A DNA stretch of 64,000 bases, taken from the NCBI GenBank assembly GCA_050294405.1, contig JBNKOC010000012.1, forward strand, positions 416,001 to 480,000, given 5' to 3'. Below the pieces are notes generated by a model, which was given only the letters and a program-made list of their open reading frames with translations, was not told the DNA's origin and searched no databases. The position numbers and the translations under genes are program-made. This DNA is from Fibrobacteria bacterium. GTDB taxonomy: Bacteria; Fibrobacterota; Fibrobacteria; UBA11236; JADFYW01. Positions 7,768 through 18,426 of this stretch are shown here, one piece after another. The stretch's first letter is position 1, and every line of letters starts with the position of its first letter.

Positions 7768-10700
7768 TTATTTTGTTTTTAAAGCTTCTACCTCTTCTGC
7801 AAGCATTTGAGCGCTGTTTTTCAAAAAGTCTTCTAAGGCAATTTTGCCAGAGTCCACTTTTTTAAGAAGATTTTTTTGCGCCAAATACTCTTTGTTTTCG
7901 GTTCCGGACTGGGATTGAATCAAGCGCCATGCTTTACGGCGTTCCACGCAGAACAACACCATTTGGCGTGATAATGTGTGGTAATTGATTTTCCCGTTGC
8001 TTTCATTTTGGATGTATACGCCAAAATCAGGGACAAAGGAACGATGAGAAGGATCAAGGAATCGGCGGTTGACCACATCATCCTGGGTGATACGCGCCAA
8101 GATATCTTCAAGGTGCACCAGGTCTTTGGTTTGCTCTTCTTTAACCTTGGCATGGTGTCTTCTAAAACGCGCCTCAGTCAAGCACCAATGGGCTGTAGTG
8201 AGCTTGTACTTTTCGCCAGTGCTTTTGAATTTGGCTGTGTACCAATCCACGCGAGGAGTGGGGTTGCCTTTTATATCCAAAGCATCTGCAAAGGACTCGC
8301 CTTTAGTAGGATTGTATACAAATTCGGGCACGCCGCGTGAGTCTCTGATTAGCTGGGCTTGGGCCACCGACATATCATCTGCCACGCCGTGCTCAGGTTG
8401 GCAAGTGGTAAAGCATTGGAAGAAAGCAGTACCACGATATTCAAGACCATCCAATAGCGCTCTGTATAAGTTGGCTGAGTTGGCCATACTTACCTGGGCC
8501 ACAAATGGGGATCCATGACCGCCGATAAAGCTTTCAGCAACGCCTTTTTTCTCTGTCATTTTTCCTTGAGAGGCTTCTCCGAATTGGTTCATATCGTATC
8601 CGCCTAACATCAGAGAAGAGTCGCTATTTTGACCGCCAGTGTTTGAATAAACCTGAGTATCCAACATAAGGAGCTTCACATTGGGGCGGTTTTGCAGAAC
8701 TACTTTAGATACGTTTTGGTAACCAATATCTCCCATTCCGCCATCTCCTCCAATGGCCCAGGCTTTGGGCAATTCTTTAATTTCTAGCTCTGTCATGTGG
8801 TTGTCGGTAAAATGGGAAAGTTTGAAGTATTCGCTTTTGGTCATTACCTGTCCGGATTGGGATAAAAGGATATTAGCCAACCTTTCGGGGATAACAGAAC
8901 GACGGGAGTGGTCCATAATGAAGCTTTCCCCAAACATCCAGGTAATAGTAGAACCATCCTGAAACAGGGAGTTCATCCAGGGATAAGGATGGGGGTTATT
9001 GGGAGGCGTGCTTCCGAAAACTGTGTTACATCCAGTATGAGCTCCCATGGCCATAACAGACATGCCGTTGGCAAGGCGTCCCTCTTTGGTTTGCAGAGTT
9101 TTATGATTGTAAGCATCCTGAGCCAAAACCAAGGAAAGGGCTTCCACGTATTCTTCATCGGAAATGGGGCCATGTTCCCCCATGCGGATTAATGTATCCG
9201 CTTCATTTTCACCGCCAAGTCCCATTATCAAGTGTGCAATAGCTTGTGTCATTAATTCGTAGGCGTCTTGATTTTCGTTTTTCAGAGTTTGTAATCTGGC
9301 AACACCCATTTCTTTGAGTTCAGCCACTTTAGATTCCAAACGAGCCGCTTTTCTGTGGAACATGGGGCGCATATAAGCTTCGGTGATGGTGGCCACACTG
9401 CGAAGCACGCTTTTTTCACCGCAACCTGCGCAAGCGCCATCGCCAGATACATAGGCGTCGTAATTTCTGCGAACCATTAAGTGGTTTTTCAAAACGCCTA
9501 CTTTGGCATCGGCAGCATTTTCATCATCGTAAAAGCCAAGGTATTTTTGAGGGGTATCGGGCAACAAGTTAAGGAATTGTGTTGCGCCAATGGTTTCGGC
9601 ATTTATTTCTTCGGATTCGGGAACCATTTCCAAAGCTTCGTGGTCGCCGCAAAGCTCAACGCAAAGTCCGCATCCCTTGCAAAGATCGGAAACAAAAATG
9701 GAAAAGAAACCGCCTGAACCGGGATTTTTCTTTTCGTTTGTTTTGTATATGGCGTTTACTTTAGAATAAGCCAGAGGAAGGATATCAATGATATTTACGA
9801 ACTCTTGCAAAGAGCTTTCGGAAACGCCTTCCACGACGTTAAGATGTCCTTTTAAAATATCCTGAAAGGCTACGCTTTCTTTGTTTTCCAAAGCTTTGTT
9901 CATATCGGCTCTGGCGGCTTCTTCGATTTTGGGAAGTGCTTTGATTAAGTTGGCCCTTTCAGAAGCGTTGGTAACATAGTTAATAGCGGCAGTACGAAGC
10001 ACAGTTGCCACATCCTGAGCCGTGTTGGGAAGGGCAGTATCAGGGCATCCCGAAATACATTCCATACACTGGGTGCAATTTTCCGCATAATACTTGGGAA
10101 TCAAGCGTCTGGCCACATATTTACTGGCTGTAACGCCTGTTCCTGCCGCCATAAGGCCAACTGCAGAAAGAGCGGAAGCGGGTTGATCATATCCCAAGCC
10201 GGCGCGAAACTCTTTATCAAACATTTCTGTGGTTTGAATGGGCTGTTTGGCGGATTGATCCATGGGAGTTGGGATATTATTGTACATGTAATCATTTTCG
10301 TCGCGGGCAACCGGAGTAATGCAGCCAATTCTCATGCTGGAATTATCAGGAGCGTTTACGTCCCCATGAGGAACTTCAGATACCCGATTAAAACCACCGG
10401 TCATCACCTGCATGTTAGATTCAACTACGGCTTCTCCAAAGCGGCCAAATTTTTTGTTGTATTGGGCGCGTACAATATTTTCAAAATCTTCACTTTGAAT
10501 GTTATTGTCCTTAAGAAAGGTGCTTACTTTGAAAAAGGCACCTAGAAAGGAGTTACCTTGCATTCTCAATTGGAGATCAGCTCTGTCTGTTGCTTTTCTC
10601 GCGATATCAAAACCAGGAAGGGTGTAGATTTTAATTTTTTTATCGATAATTTCCTGACGGAGTCTTTTAGGAATACGTTCCCAGGCTTTTTCTGGAGACT

Positions 10701-12492
10701 CTTCAGATTCCCAAACAAAGGCTCCACCCTCATTTAAACCATCCAGAGGGTTGGTGTGGGTAAATGCTTTGGAGTCGCAGCACAGAACTACATCTACGTG
10801 CCTTAAGTCGCAGTTGACTCTAATTCTTTCAGGAGCAACAGATAAAAAGTAAGAGGTAGGGGCGCCTTTTTTCTCGGAACCGTATTTAGGGTTAGCACTA
10901 ATATGCACCACTTCTTTTAAATTGCCGTATTCGTCAAAGGAATTTGCTTTTTTCGCAATACCGGCTCCGATTTCACCAATAATTTCACCGAGGTTTTTAC
11001 CGGTGGTAATCATACCCCATCCTCCAATAGAATGAAAGCGAATGGCTATGGTATGGTCGGGCAGAAGGCTGGGGGTTTCGCTGGATTTAACTTCATAGGG
11101 GTGGTCAATTCCCAAAACGAAAAAATTAATGCCATCTTCTACAGTCTTGCCGTCTTTACGGGCAATTTTGCCTTTACTGTATTCATAAGCGCCCAAAATT
11201 CCTTCAGGGCGAAAGTCGCGGGAGCCAAGTCCATAGGAACCGGCAAATAGTTTAGGAGTTTCTTCAAGCGCCAAAGCGGGCAGACCATTTCCAACTCCAT
11301 CTTTAGGAGGGAAACGGAAATTTTGCTGGGCTTTACTGATGGCAGTGCGAATATCACGGGCCAGAGGGTTATCACCGGCCATAGGTTCATCGGTACGTTC
11401 GAGAATGATAACATTCTTTTTGCCGCGAATAGCTTCGATAACAGCGGCTTCAGGGAATGGACGGATAACATTAATATGTATGCCGCCAACCTTTTCGCCT
11501 TTGTCTTGCAGGTAGTCGATAGCAGCTTCTACGTTTTCGGCGGCAGAGCCCAGAGAAATAATCACCGTGTCAGCATCCTCGCATTTGTATTGGGAAACAA
11601 GTCCATAGTGACGGCCTGTAAGATTGCCAAATTCTTCATAGGCTTCTTCCAGGAATGTTAAAATAGGTTCTACAAAGTTGTTGCGGCGGGCAATTACACC
11701 GTTCATGTAATGTTCCTGGTTTTGCACAGGGCCAATCATGGTTGGGTTTCTTAAATCAATGACTTCGGGCACACGCCTACGTGTGGGGCCGAACAACTCT
11801 CTTTGCGCGGGAGTGGGGCAGTCAATAATATCGTCGGGAGCGCCTAAAAATTCACGAATCAATTCCGCTTCGTGTTTTAAAAAAGTTCTTTCCAGGTGAG
11901 TGGTCAAAAAGCCGTCCTGGATGTTCATGCCTGGAGTCAAAGATTTTTCTGTGACCTTTCTTAAGATAAGAGCCTGGTCCGCCGCTTGTTGAGCGTCTTT
12001 TCCGAAGACCATAATCCAGCCTGTATCCAACGCGCCGTATATATCATCGTGGCCGCAATGTACGTTAAGAGCATGTTTAGTAAGAGCGCGGGCTCCCACT
12101 TCTAAAACCATAGTGGAGCACTTGCCCGGAGCGTGGTAATATTGCTCTACGCCGTATACAATGCCCTGTCCCGATGTAAAGTTAACAACGCGTTTGCCGG
12201 TTACCGAAAGGGCAATAGCTCCGCCTTGCGCTGCGTGCTCACCTTCAGTTTCAATGGCTACGCGGGATTGACCAAATACATTGAGGTTTCCCTGTGCTGT
12301 GGATAGCTGATAGTTTTCACCGCCTTCGGTGGAAGGAGTAATGGGATAAAACACCCCTCCATCTGTGATACGGGCTTCTGTATGATACGCTATAAGCTGG
12401 TTTCCGTTTGTTGTTATACGAATACCAGGGTACTTAACTTTTTTCTTATTAGCCTTATCGCTAGGGGGTTTTGTGGTTGAGATGTTCGTCAT
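7768..12492 (-). CDS. Single-chain pyruvate (2-oxoacid):ferredoxin/flavodoxin oxidoreductase, long form
   Basis: YPITPS, YGSEKKG, CTQCMECISGCP and CKGCGLCVELC, ACAGCGE, GGDGGMGDIG, DTQVYSNTGGQ. Confidence 0.92.
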   Translation of the reverse strand: MTNISTTKPPSDKANKKKVKYPGIRITTNGNQLIAYHTEARITDGGVFYPITPSTEGGENYQLSTAQGNLNVFGQSRVAIETEGEHAAQGGAIALSVTGKRVVNFTSGQGIVYGVEQYYHAPGKCSTMVLEVGARALTKHALNVHCGHDDIYGALDTGWIMVFGKDAQQAADQALILRKVTEKSLTPGMNIQDGFLTTHLERTFLKHEAELIREFLGAPDDIIDCPTPAQRELFGPTRRRVPEVIDLRNPTMIGPVQNQEHYMNGVIARRNNFVEPILTFLEEAYEEFGNLTGRHYGLVSQYKCEDADTVIISLGSAAENVEAAIDYLQDKGEKVGGIHINVIRPFPEAAVIEAIRGKKNVIILERTDEPMAGDNPLARDIRTAISKAQQNFRFPPKDGVGNGLPALALEETPKLFAGSYGLGSRDFRPEGILGAYEYSKGKIARKDGKTVEDGINFFVLGIDHPYEVKSSETPSLLPDHTIAIRFHSIGGWGMITTGKNLGEIIGEIGAGIAKKANSFDEYGNLKEVVHISANPKYGSEKKGAPTSYFLSVAPERIRVNCDLRHVDVVLCCDSKAFTHTNPLDGLNEGGAFVWESEESPEKAWERIPKRLRQEIIDKKIKIYTLPGFDIARKATDRADLQLRMQGNSFLGAFFKVSTFLKDNNIQSEDFENIVRAQYNKKFGRFGEAVVESNMQVMTGGFNRVSEVPHGDVNAPDNSSMRIGCITPVARDENDYMYNNIPTPMDQSAKQPIQTTEMFDKEFRAGLGYDQPASALSAVGLMAAGTGVTASKYVARRLIPKYYAENCTQCMECISGCPDTALPNTAQDVATVLRTAAINYVTNASERANLIKALPKIEEAARADMNKALENKESVAFQDILKGHLNVVEGVSESSLQEFVNIIDILPLAYSKVNAIYKTNEKKNPGSGGFFSIFVSDLCKGCGLCVELCGDHEALEMVPESEEINAETIGATQFLNLLPDTPQKYLGFYDDENAADAKVGVLKNHLMVRRNYDAYVSGDGACAGCGEKSVLRSVATITEAYMRPMFHRKAARLESKVAELKEMGVARLQTLKNENQDAYELMTQAIAHLIMGLGGENEADTLIRMGEHGPISDEEYVEALSLVLAQDAYNHKTLQTKEGRLANGMSVMAMGAHTGCNTVFGSTPPNNPHPYPWMNSLFQDGSTITWMFGESFIMDHSRRSVIPERLANILLSQSGQVMTKSEYFKLSHFTDNHMTELEIKELPKAWAIGGDGGMGDIGYQNVSKVVLQNRPNVKLLMLDTQVYSNTGGQNSDSSLMLGGYDMNQFGEASQGKMTEKKGVAESFIGGHGSPFVAQVSMANSANLYRALLDGLEYRGTAFFQCFTTCQPEHGVADDMSVAQAQLIRDSRGVPEFVYNPTKGESFADALDIKGNPTPRVDWYTAKFKSTGEKYKLTTAHWCLTEARFRRHHAKVKEEQTKDLVHLEDILARITQDDVVNRRFLDPSHRSFVPDFGVYIQNESNGKINYHTLSRQMVLFCVERRKAWRLIQSQSGTENKEYLAQKNLLKKVDSGKIALEDFLKNSAQMLAEEVEALKTK

Positions 12493-12695
12493 TGATACTC
12501 CTAACTTTCTTTCAAATTAACCAAAATTCAACTTTTATCAGCTGATAAATTTAGCTTAGATATAGCCAAAATCCAGATCATACATTCCAGGCTGAAGGCT
12601 CCCAAAAATCAGCTCCAAACAAATTTATTTGAGCTTGAAACAACTAGTTTCAAGCCGCTATAAAGAATAGCAATTTACCCAAAAATCAGCTAATT

Positions 12696-14114
12696 TTAAA
12701 AAATAGCTGCAATTTTCCCCGAAATTTGGGGGATTAGGCCGAAAAGGACCATTGAGAGGGTTAGAATGAGTAAAGCCCAGCGTTGTACGAAGGAAATTTG
12801 CAAATCTGGCAAGATTTCTTCGCCTGGAGAATTGATATAAGCCTCTTTGAGAACTATCAAATAATAGTAGAGACTGACTGTGGAGTTTAACGCGGCGAAC
12901 ACAACCAAAGCGTAGTGGCCGGATTGGGCGGCAGAGCCAAAAAGGAAAAATTTGCCTGTAAAACCAGCTAAAGGAGGGATACCGGCCAGGCTAAACATGC
13001 AAAGGCTTAAAATGGCGGCTAAAAGAGGACTCTGTTTGCTTAGTCCCCGTAACGATTGGAAGCTTTCCCGCCTTTTTTCGCCAATGATGCTGATAATAAA
13101 AAAAGTGCAGTAATTGGTGATAGCGTAAACCAATAGGTAAAAAACCATGGAGGAGCGTGCCAAACTGTTGTTACCCACAAAGCCCACTAAGATATAGCCT
13201 GCCTGGGCGATGGAGGAATAACCCATAAAGCGTCTAAGCTCTAATTGACGCAATGCGCCTAAATTTCCAACAACCATGGTGAGGCAAGCCAGCACCACAA
13301 AAAGAGGTAAGAGGGGCTCTCTCATGCTAGACAGAGGGCCATAAAACAAAATGATTAAAGCAGACAAACCGGCGGTTTTTGAGGCCACTGATAAAAAGGC
13401 GGTGATGGGAGTGGGGGCTCCTTGATATACATCTGGTGCCCACATGTGAAAGGGTACCAGGGCCATTTTAAACCCAATGGAGGCTACCATAAATATGGCA
13501 CCCGTGGTGAACAGATAGCTTTGCCCGGCATAGGCCTGTAAATTTGAAAACTCCAGCGAACCGGCTGCGCCGTATAAAAAGGAGGCGCCAAAAAGAAATA
13601 CGGCTGTAGAACTGGCCCCCATAAGGATGTATTTACTGGCGGCCTCCGTGGAGCTTTTTTCTTCTTTGTAATATCCCGTTAAGGCATAAAGGGGAATGGT
13701 GGCCAATTCCAAACCGATGAAAAAGGTTAAAAAATCGGAGGCAGATACCAGGGTAAACATGCCAAAAGTGCAAAAGGATAAAATTCCAAAAAATTCTGCG
13801 GGGGATTTTAATTGGCCCCGTAAATTGCCTTTTTCTTCAAAGTAAGTTTTAGATAATAACACCGTAAACATAAGCGCCAGGGCGAACAAAATTTTTAATA
13901 CCAGGCCCTGGCCTGTTAGATGGTAGTGTTGTAAATAGCTTGCGCTTAAGTCCGGAGGCAGACGCAAAAGCAGTAAGATAGAAACCAGGGGCCCCACCCA
14001 GGCCAGGTTAAACAATATGGTCTTGGAGGATGATTTGGGTAAAAACAAATCCAGACCAATAATTAAGAAGCCTAAAAACAGTATTACAAGATCTGGAGCA
14101 ATAGAGGCCAACAT
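12696..14114 (-). CDS. nuoN: NADH-quinone oxidoreductase subunit N
   Basis: EAASKY, FKMALVPFHMWAPDVYQGAP, LAGIPPLAGFTGK. Confidence 0.95.
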   Translation of the reverse strand: MLASIAPDLVILFLGFLIIGLDLFLPKSSSKTILFNLAWVGPLVSILLLLRLPPDLSASYLQHYHLTGQGLVLKILFALALMFTVLLSKTYFEEKGNLRGQLKSPAEFFGILSFCTFGMFTLVSASDFLTFFIGLELATIPLYALTGYYKEEKSSTEAASKYILMGASSTAVFLFGASFLYGAAGSLEFSNLQAYAGQSYLFTTGAIFMVASIGFKMALVPFHMWAPDVYQGAPTPITAFLSVASKTAGLSALIILFYGPLSSMREPLLPLFVVLACLTMVVGNLGALRQLELRRFMGYSSIAQAGYILVGFVGNNSLARSSMVFYLLVYAITNYCTFFIISIIGEKRRESFQSLRGLSKQSPLLAAILSLCMFSLAGIPPLAGFTGKFFLFGSAAQSGHYALVVFAALNSTVSLYYYLIVLKEAYINSPGEEILPDLQISFVQRWALLILTLSMVLFGLIPQISGKIAAIF

Positions 14115-14116
14115 AG

Positions 14117-15622
14117 TTATCTCATCAGATTGTTAAAAATGGGAGTGATGGAAGGATCCACCATTTTTATTATCCATCCGGGTAAAATTCCCATACCAAA
14201 CAAGCAAATTATTAAAACCACCACTGGGAATCTTTCAATTAAGGTTGCGTCTGTGAGGTCTTTAAATTTTTCGTTCACAGGACCGTTTAACATTTTGTTT
14301 GCGGCCCGCAATACGTAAACTGCGGTCACTACAATGGAACTTACCGCCAATACCGTGCACACACGGTTTAGCAGGGATTCATTTGCAAAGGCTCCAATAA
14401 AAATGGTAGCCTCTGCCACAAAGCCGCTAAGGCTGGGAAGTCCCAAACCGGCAAGACCCGCAATCACAAAGGCCACCGATAAAAAGGGCATAATCTTCAT
14501 GAGCCCTCCCATGGAGGCGATTTCCCTGGTATGGGTTCTGCCATAAATCATTCCAATAAGGCAGAAGAATAGGGCCGTCATAAGTCCGTGAGAAACCATT
14601 TGCAATACGGCTCCCTTAATACCGATATAACTCAAGGCGGCAAAACCAAATAATACGAACCCGCAGTGAGAAACGGAGGAATAGGCGGTAATGTATTTTA
14701 AATCCGTTTGTTTAATAGCTCCATAGGCTCCATAGACCACATTTATGGTAACGAGTATTAAAAACAGGGGCATCCATTGCTGGCAGCCTTCGGGTAGTAA
14801 ATACATGGCAACTCTAAGGCAGCCATAGCCGCCCAATTTCATTAGAACGCCGGCGTGAAGCATGGAAACAGCGGTGGGGGCTGCGGCATGTCCATCGGGA
14901 GACCAAGTGTGAAAGGGGTAAAGGGCGCCTAAAACGCCAAAGCCAATAAAGGTGGCGGGAAAGGCCCAGGCCTGAAATTCTTTGCTGAATTTAACCTGGG
15001 ATAACTCGATAATGTTAAAGCTCTGAATGCCAGATGCGAAATATAAACCTAAAATACCGGCAAAAATCAGTGCGGAGCCCGCAACCAGCATCAGAGTTAA
15101 TTTCATGGCGGAATATTCTTTTCGGCCTGTTCCCCAAACTCCAATTAGCAAATACATGGGAAGTACTGCCACTTCATAGAAAAGGAAAAAGGTAAAGAGG
15201 TCAAAGGAGATAAATACTCCGTATACGCCGGATACCAATACATTCAGCAATACAAAAAATTCTTTGGCCTGGCTGGTGACTCCCCAGGAAGCAAATACGC
15301 CGCAAAAAATCACAATAGCCGTTAATAACATCATTATCATGGAAATGCCGTCTACACCAATGGCGTATTCAATGTTCATGATTTGGAACCATTGGTAAGT
15401 ATGGGCGAATTGCAGCGCGGTTTTGGTTCCGGTTACCGCTTCTGTAGTAGTCAGTTGGAAAAAGCGAATAGTAAGGCCGATAATAAGTATTAAATTAATT
15501 CCCGAAACCACCGCAGCAATTTTTTTTATCAGCATATGCTTGCTGTTGGGAATGGCAGATATAACCAGGGCTAAAATAGCCGGGATAATCCAGGTTGCGG
15601 TGAGAAGGTAAGAGCCGTTCAT
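14117..15622 (-). CDS. nuoM: NADH-quinone oxidoreductase subunit M
   Basis: PFHTWSPDGHAAAPT, LMKLGGYG, AYSSVSH, SGFVAE. Confidence 0.95.
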   Translation of the reverse strand: MNGSYLLTATWIIPAILALVISAIPNSKHMLIKKIAAVVSGINLILIIGLTIRFFQLTTTEAVTGTKTALQFAHTYQWFQIMNIEYAIGVDGISMIMMLLTAIVIFCGVFASWGVTSQAKEFFVLLNVLVSGVYGVFISFDLFTFFLFYEVAVLPMYLLIGVWGTGRKEYSAMKLTLMLVAGSALIFAGILGLYFASGIQSFNIIELSQVKFSKEFQAWAFPATFIGFGVLGALYPFHTWSPDGHAAAPTAVSMLHAGVLMKLGGYGCLRVAMYLLPEGCQQWMPLFLILVTINVVYGAYGAIKQTDLKYITAYSSVSHCGFVLFGFAALSYIGIKGAVLQMVSHGLMTALFFCLIGMIYGRTHTREIASMGGLMKIMPFLSVAFVIAGLAGLGLPSLSGFVAEATIFIGAFANESLLNRVCTVLAVSSIVVTAVYVLRAANKMLNGPVNEKFKDLTDATLIERFPVVVLIICLFGMGILPGWIIKMVDPSITPIFNNLMR

Positions 15623-17604
15623 CCCACAAACCTCCCGATGTAATATATAAAGACAAGTCCAAGTATCATTATGGATAGGTAAAATTGAAGTTGGCCGATT
15701 TGCAACAAGCGTACAATAATTCCTAAAATGTCTAAAATTTTAGCTGTTAAATTCATCGCACCATCCACAATGTTTCTATCAAACCATTTGATGGGTCCGG
15801 CCACAAATTTGAAAATAATTTTGTGGGTCACAAAGAGATATACTTCGTCGATGTAAAACTTGTTTTGGACCGTAGTGTAGAGTCCGCCCATGCTTTTTCT
15901 AAGGCCGTTGGCCAGGGCCATTTTTTCTGATTTGCCATACATTAGGATAGCTACCAAAACTCCTATTGCTCCCAAGCTGCCTGCTAAAATGGGCAACCAA
16001 ATGGGATGGGCAAAATGAGTTTCGGGAATGTTCATGGCAGGAAGCACCGAGCCGGTAAATAATTTTTTAAAGGCAATACCAGCAATAATGCTGGGGATAG
16101 TGAGAATAACAATGGGGCTGGTCATCCATTTGTCTTCATGTATATGATGGTATTCGCTTCTGGCTTTGCCGTGGAAGGTCAAAATAAATAGTCGGAACAT
16201 ATAAAAAGCAGTAAGGCCTCCAACAGCTAATCCTACAATGGCTGTTAAATAATGCCCAGATTGTAAAGAAGCCAGAATAATTTCGTCCTTTGAGAAAAAG
16301 CCCGCAAAGGGAGGTATACCCGCAATGGCCAAGCAGGCAATCAAGGCTGAAAAGTAAGTAAAAGGCATCTTTTTGCGAAGGCCACCCATTTTCCAGATAT
16401 CGTTGCTGTGAACCACATGAATAACCTGGCCTGCCATTAAAAATAGCATGCACTTGAAAAAAGCATGGGTGAATATGTGAAACATGGAAGCCGAATAACC
16501 AAGAATATTTACATCTACTCCGTGATGGGCATGGGCCAGTTTCGCAGTTCCCAGGGAGAACAACATGTATCCCAATTGGGATAAAGTTGAAAAAGCTAGA
16601 ATTCGTTTAATGTCCGTCTGAGTACAGGCGATAACCGCGGCAAATAGAGCGGTAAAAGCTCCAATAACTTCAATAATATGAAGGGTCATTTCCGAAGCCG
16701 CAAATAAGGGGAACATTCTTGCGGTGAGAAAAACGCCAGCTACCACCATGGTGGCCGAGTGGATAATAGAAGAAACAGGGGTGGGGCCTTCCATGGCATC
16801 TGGAAGCCAAATATGAAGGGGGAACATGGCGGACTTTCCCCAACCGCCGGTAAAAATCAAAAGAGTGGCCAGAGTTAAGAGGTTTACGCTAAAAAATCCA
16901 AAAGAAACGGTTCCCTTTAAGGCCGCAAAATTTTCAGGGTTGTTTAGATCCAAAAAATTAAGGGACTTTGTGTAGTAGCTGACAATTATAATTCCCATTA
17001 AGAAAAAGGCATCGGCAAAACGAGTCACAATAAAGGCTTTTTTGGAAGCGGCCACAGCGGAGGGCTTGGTGTACCAAAAGCCAATTAGCAAATAGGAAGA
17101 AACACCCACCAATTCCCAAAACACGAACATTTGGAAAATGTTGGGGGCAACGACAAGGCCTAACATGGAAAATACGAAAAGAGAAAGAAGCGCAAAAAAC
17201 CTTCCTGCGCTGGGGTCTTCTTTCATGTATCCCACAGAATAAATATTAACCAGAAGGGCAATGGAACAAATAACCACCAGCATCATCACAGATATGGGGT
17301 CTAAATACATTCCAATACTGGCTGCTAAATCATAACCTCCAAAAAGTGCACTGTTAAACTGAAGCCAGTTGTATTCCCAGGCTATGACAGTTTGGTGAGG
17401 GAATTCCGCGCTGTTCCCTAAGACGTTGGAAGCATAGGCAGATACAACACCCGCCGTAAAGACCAAAGCCAGCCCGACACAAACAATGGCAAAGCCTGCT
17501 GCTGCTTTCCAGTTTTTACGGCCAAGGTATAGGCCGTTTACCACAAATGATAAAAGTGGCAATGCCAGTATGGTATAGGAATGATTTACAAAAAAGTTAT
17601 CCAT
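15619..17604 (-). CDS. nuoL: NADH-quinone oxidoreductase subunit L
   Basis: GKSAMFPLHIWLPDAMEGPTPVS, HSATMV, HAFFK. Confidence 0.95.
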   Translation of the reverse strand: MDNFFVNHSYTILALPLLSFVVNGLYLGRKNWKAAAGFAIVCVGLALVFTAGVVSAYASNVLGNSAEFPHQTVIAWEYNWLQFNSALFGGYDLAASIGMYLDPISVMMLVVICSIALLVNIYSVGYMKEDPSAGRFFALLSLFVFSMLGLVVAPNIFQMFVFWELVGVSSYLLIGFWYTKPSAVAASKKAFIVTRFADAFFLMGIIIVSYYTKSLNFLDLNNPENFAALKGTVSFGFFSVNLLTLATLLIFTGGWGKSAMFPLHIWLPDAMEGPTPVSSIIHSATMVVAGVFLTARMFPLFAASEMTLHIIEVIGAFTALFAAVIACTQTDIKRILAFSTLSQLGYMLFSLGTAKLAHAHHGVDVNILGYSASMFHIFTHAFFKCMLFLMAGQVIHVVHSNDIWKMGGLRKKMPFTYFSALIACLAIAGIPPFAGFFSKDEIILASLQSGHYLTAIVGLAVGGLTAFYMFRLFILTFHGKARSEYHHIHEDKWMTSPIVILTIPSIIAGIAFKKLFTGSVLPAMNIPETHFAHPIWLPILAGSLGAIGVLVAILMYGKSEKMALANGLRKSMGGLYTTVQNKFYIDEVYLFVTHKIIFKFVAGPIKWFDRNIVDGAMNLTAKILDILGIIVRLLQIGQLQFYLSIMILGLVFIYYIGRFVG

Positions 17605-17902
17605 TCAATTTATCCAATTCCCTGATGTCCAGGTTTTTATGCTTGCGATACATAGCCACGGCAATAGCCAGGGCCACAGACATTTCGCATGCAGAAACGG
17701 CAATAATAAAAATGGAAAAAACGGAACCCGCTGTGGAATCGCCTCCGCCAAAATAGGCAAAGGCCACAAAATTGATTATGGAAGCATTGATCATAATTTC
17801 AATGCTCATTAAAACGGCAATAAAATTCCGTCGGGTTAGGATACCGTAAACGCCAATGCTAAATAAAATACCGGACAGAACTAAACAATTTCCCAGAGTC
17901 AT
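17597..17902 (-). CDS. nuoK: NADH-quinone oxidoreductase subunit K
   Basis: GILTRRN...MSIEIM...ACEMSVALA. Confidence 0.93.
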   Translation of the reverse strand: MTLGNCLVLSGILFSIGVYGILTRRNFIAVLMSIEIMINASIINFVAFAYFGGGDSTAGSVFSIFIIAVSACEMSVALAIAVAMYRKHKNLDIRELDKLNG

Positions 17903-18426
17903 TTTTCGGATGCCTCCTGGTTTTCGCTGGATTTTCTGGCTGTTACAATAGCACCCACCACTGCAGCTATTAGCAATACGGAAATAATTTCAAAGGGAAC
18001 GATAAATCCGTCTTTGCCGATGCTCATTAAACGGATGCCCACTTGGGTTAAAGATCCCGCATTAGCATCAGCAGGAGTTCCAGCGGGCAAAGGCGGGCAA
18101 GTGGCAAAATAAAATATGCCAAAGAACACCAGGGCGCTCAGTGCTAAGCTCAAACCCTTGGTTATCTTACCGGAAGATAAAAAACGTTCTCCCAACTGAG
18201 TGGTCAGCAATATGGCAAATACAATAAAAATTACTACGCCTCCAATGTATACCATAACCTGAGCCATTGCCACAAATTCGGCTTTAAGCAATATGTAAAG
18301 CCCCGCAGTGGAGGCAAATGAGGCGATTAGGGCCAGGGCTGCGTGCAATAAATTGGGGAGGCTTACTACCAATATGGAAAAAAGAACAATACCTGCAGCA
18401 AGTAGGTAGAAAAGGCTGTCTGCCAT
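17899..18426 (-). CDS. nuoJ: NADH-quinone oxidoreductase subunit J
   Basis: AEFVAMAQVMVYIGGV, PFEIISVLL. Start placed at MADSLF (TAATG overlap with the nuoI stop). Confidence 0.92.
   Translation of the reverse strand: MADSLFYLLAAGIVLFSILVVSLPNLLHAALALIASFASTAGLYILLKAEFVAMAQVMVYIGGVVIFIVFAILLTTQLGERFLSSGKITKGLSLALSALVFFGIFYFATCPPLPAGTPADANAGSLTQVGIRLMSIGKDGFIVPFEIISVLLIAAVVGAIVTARKSSENQEASEK

Noticed and set aside
7920..11661. Many 60-150 aa ORFs inside PFOR
   Set aside because: These are alternative-frame or antisense shadows of a conserved gene.
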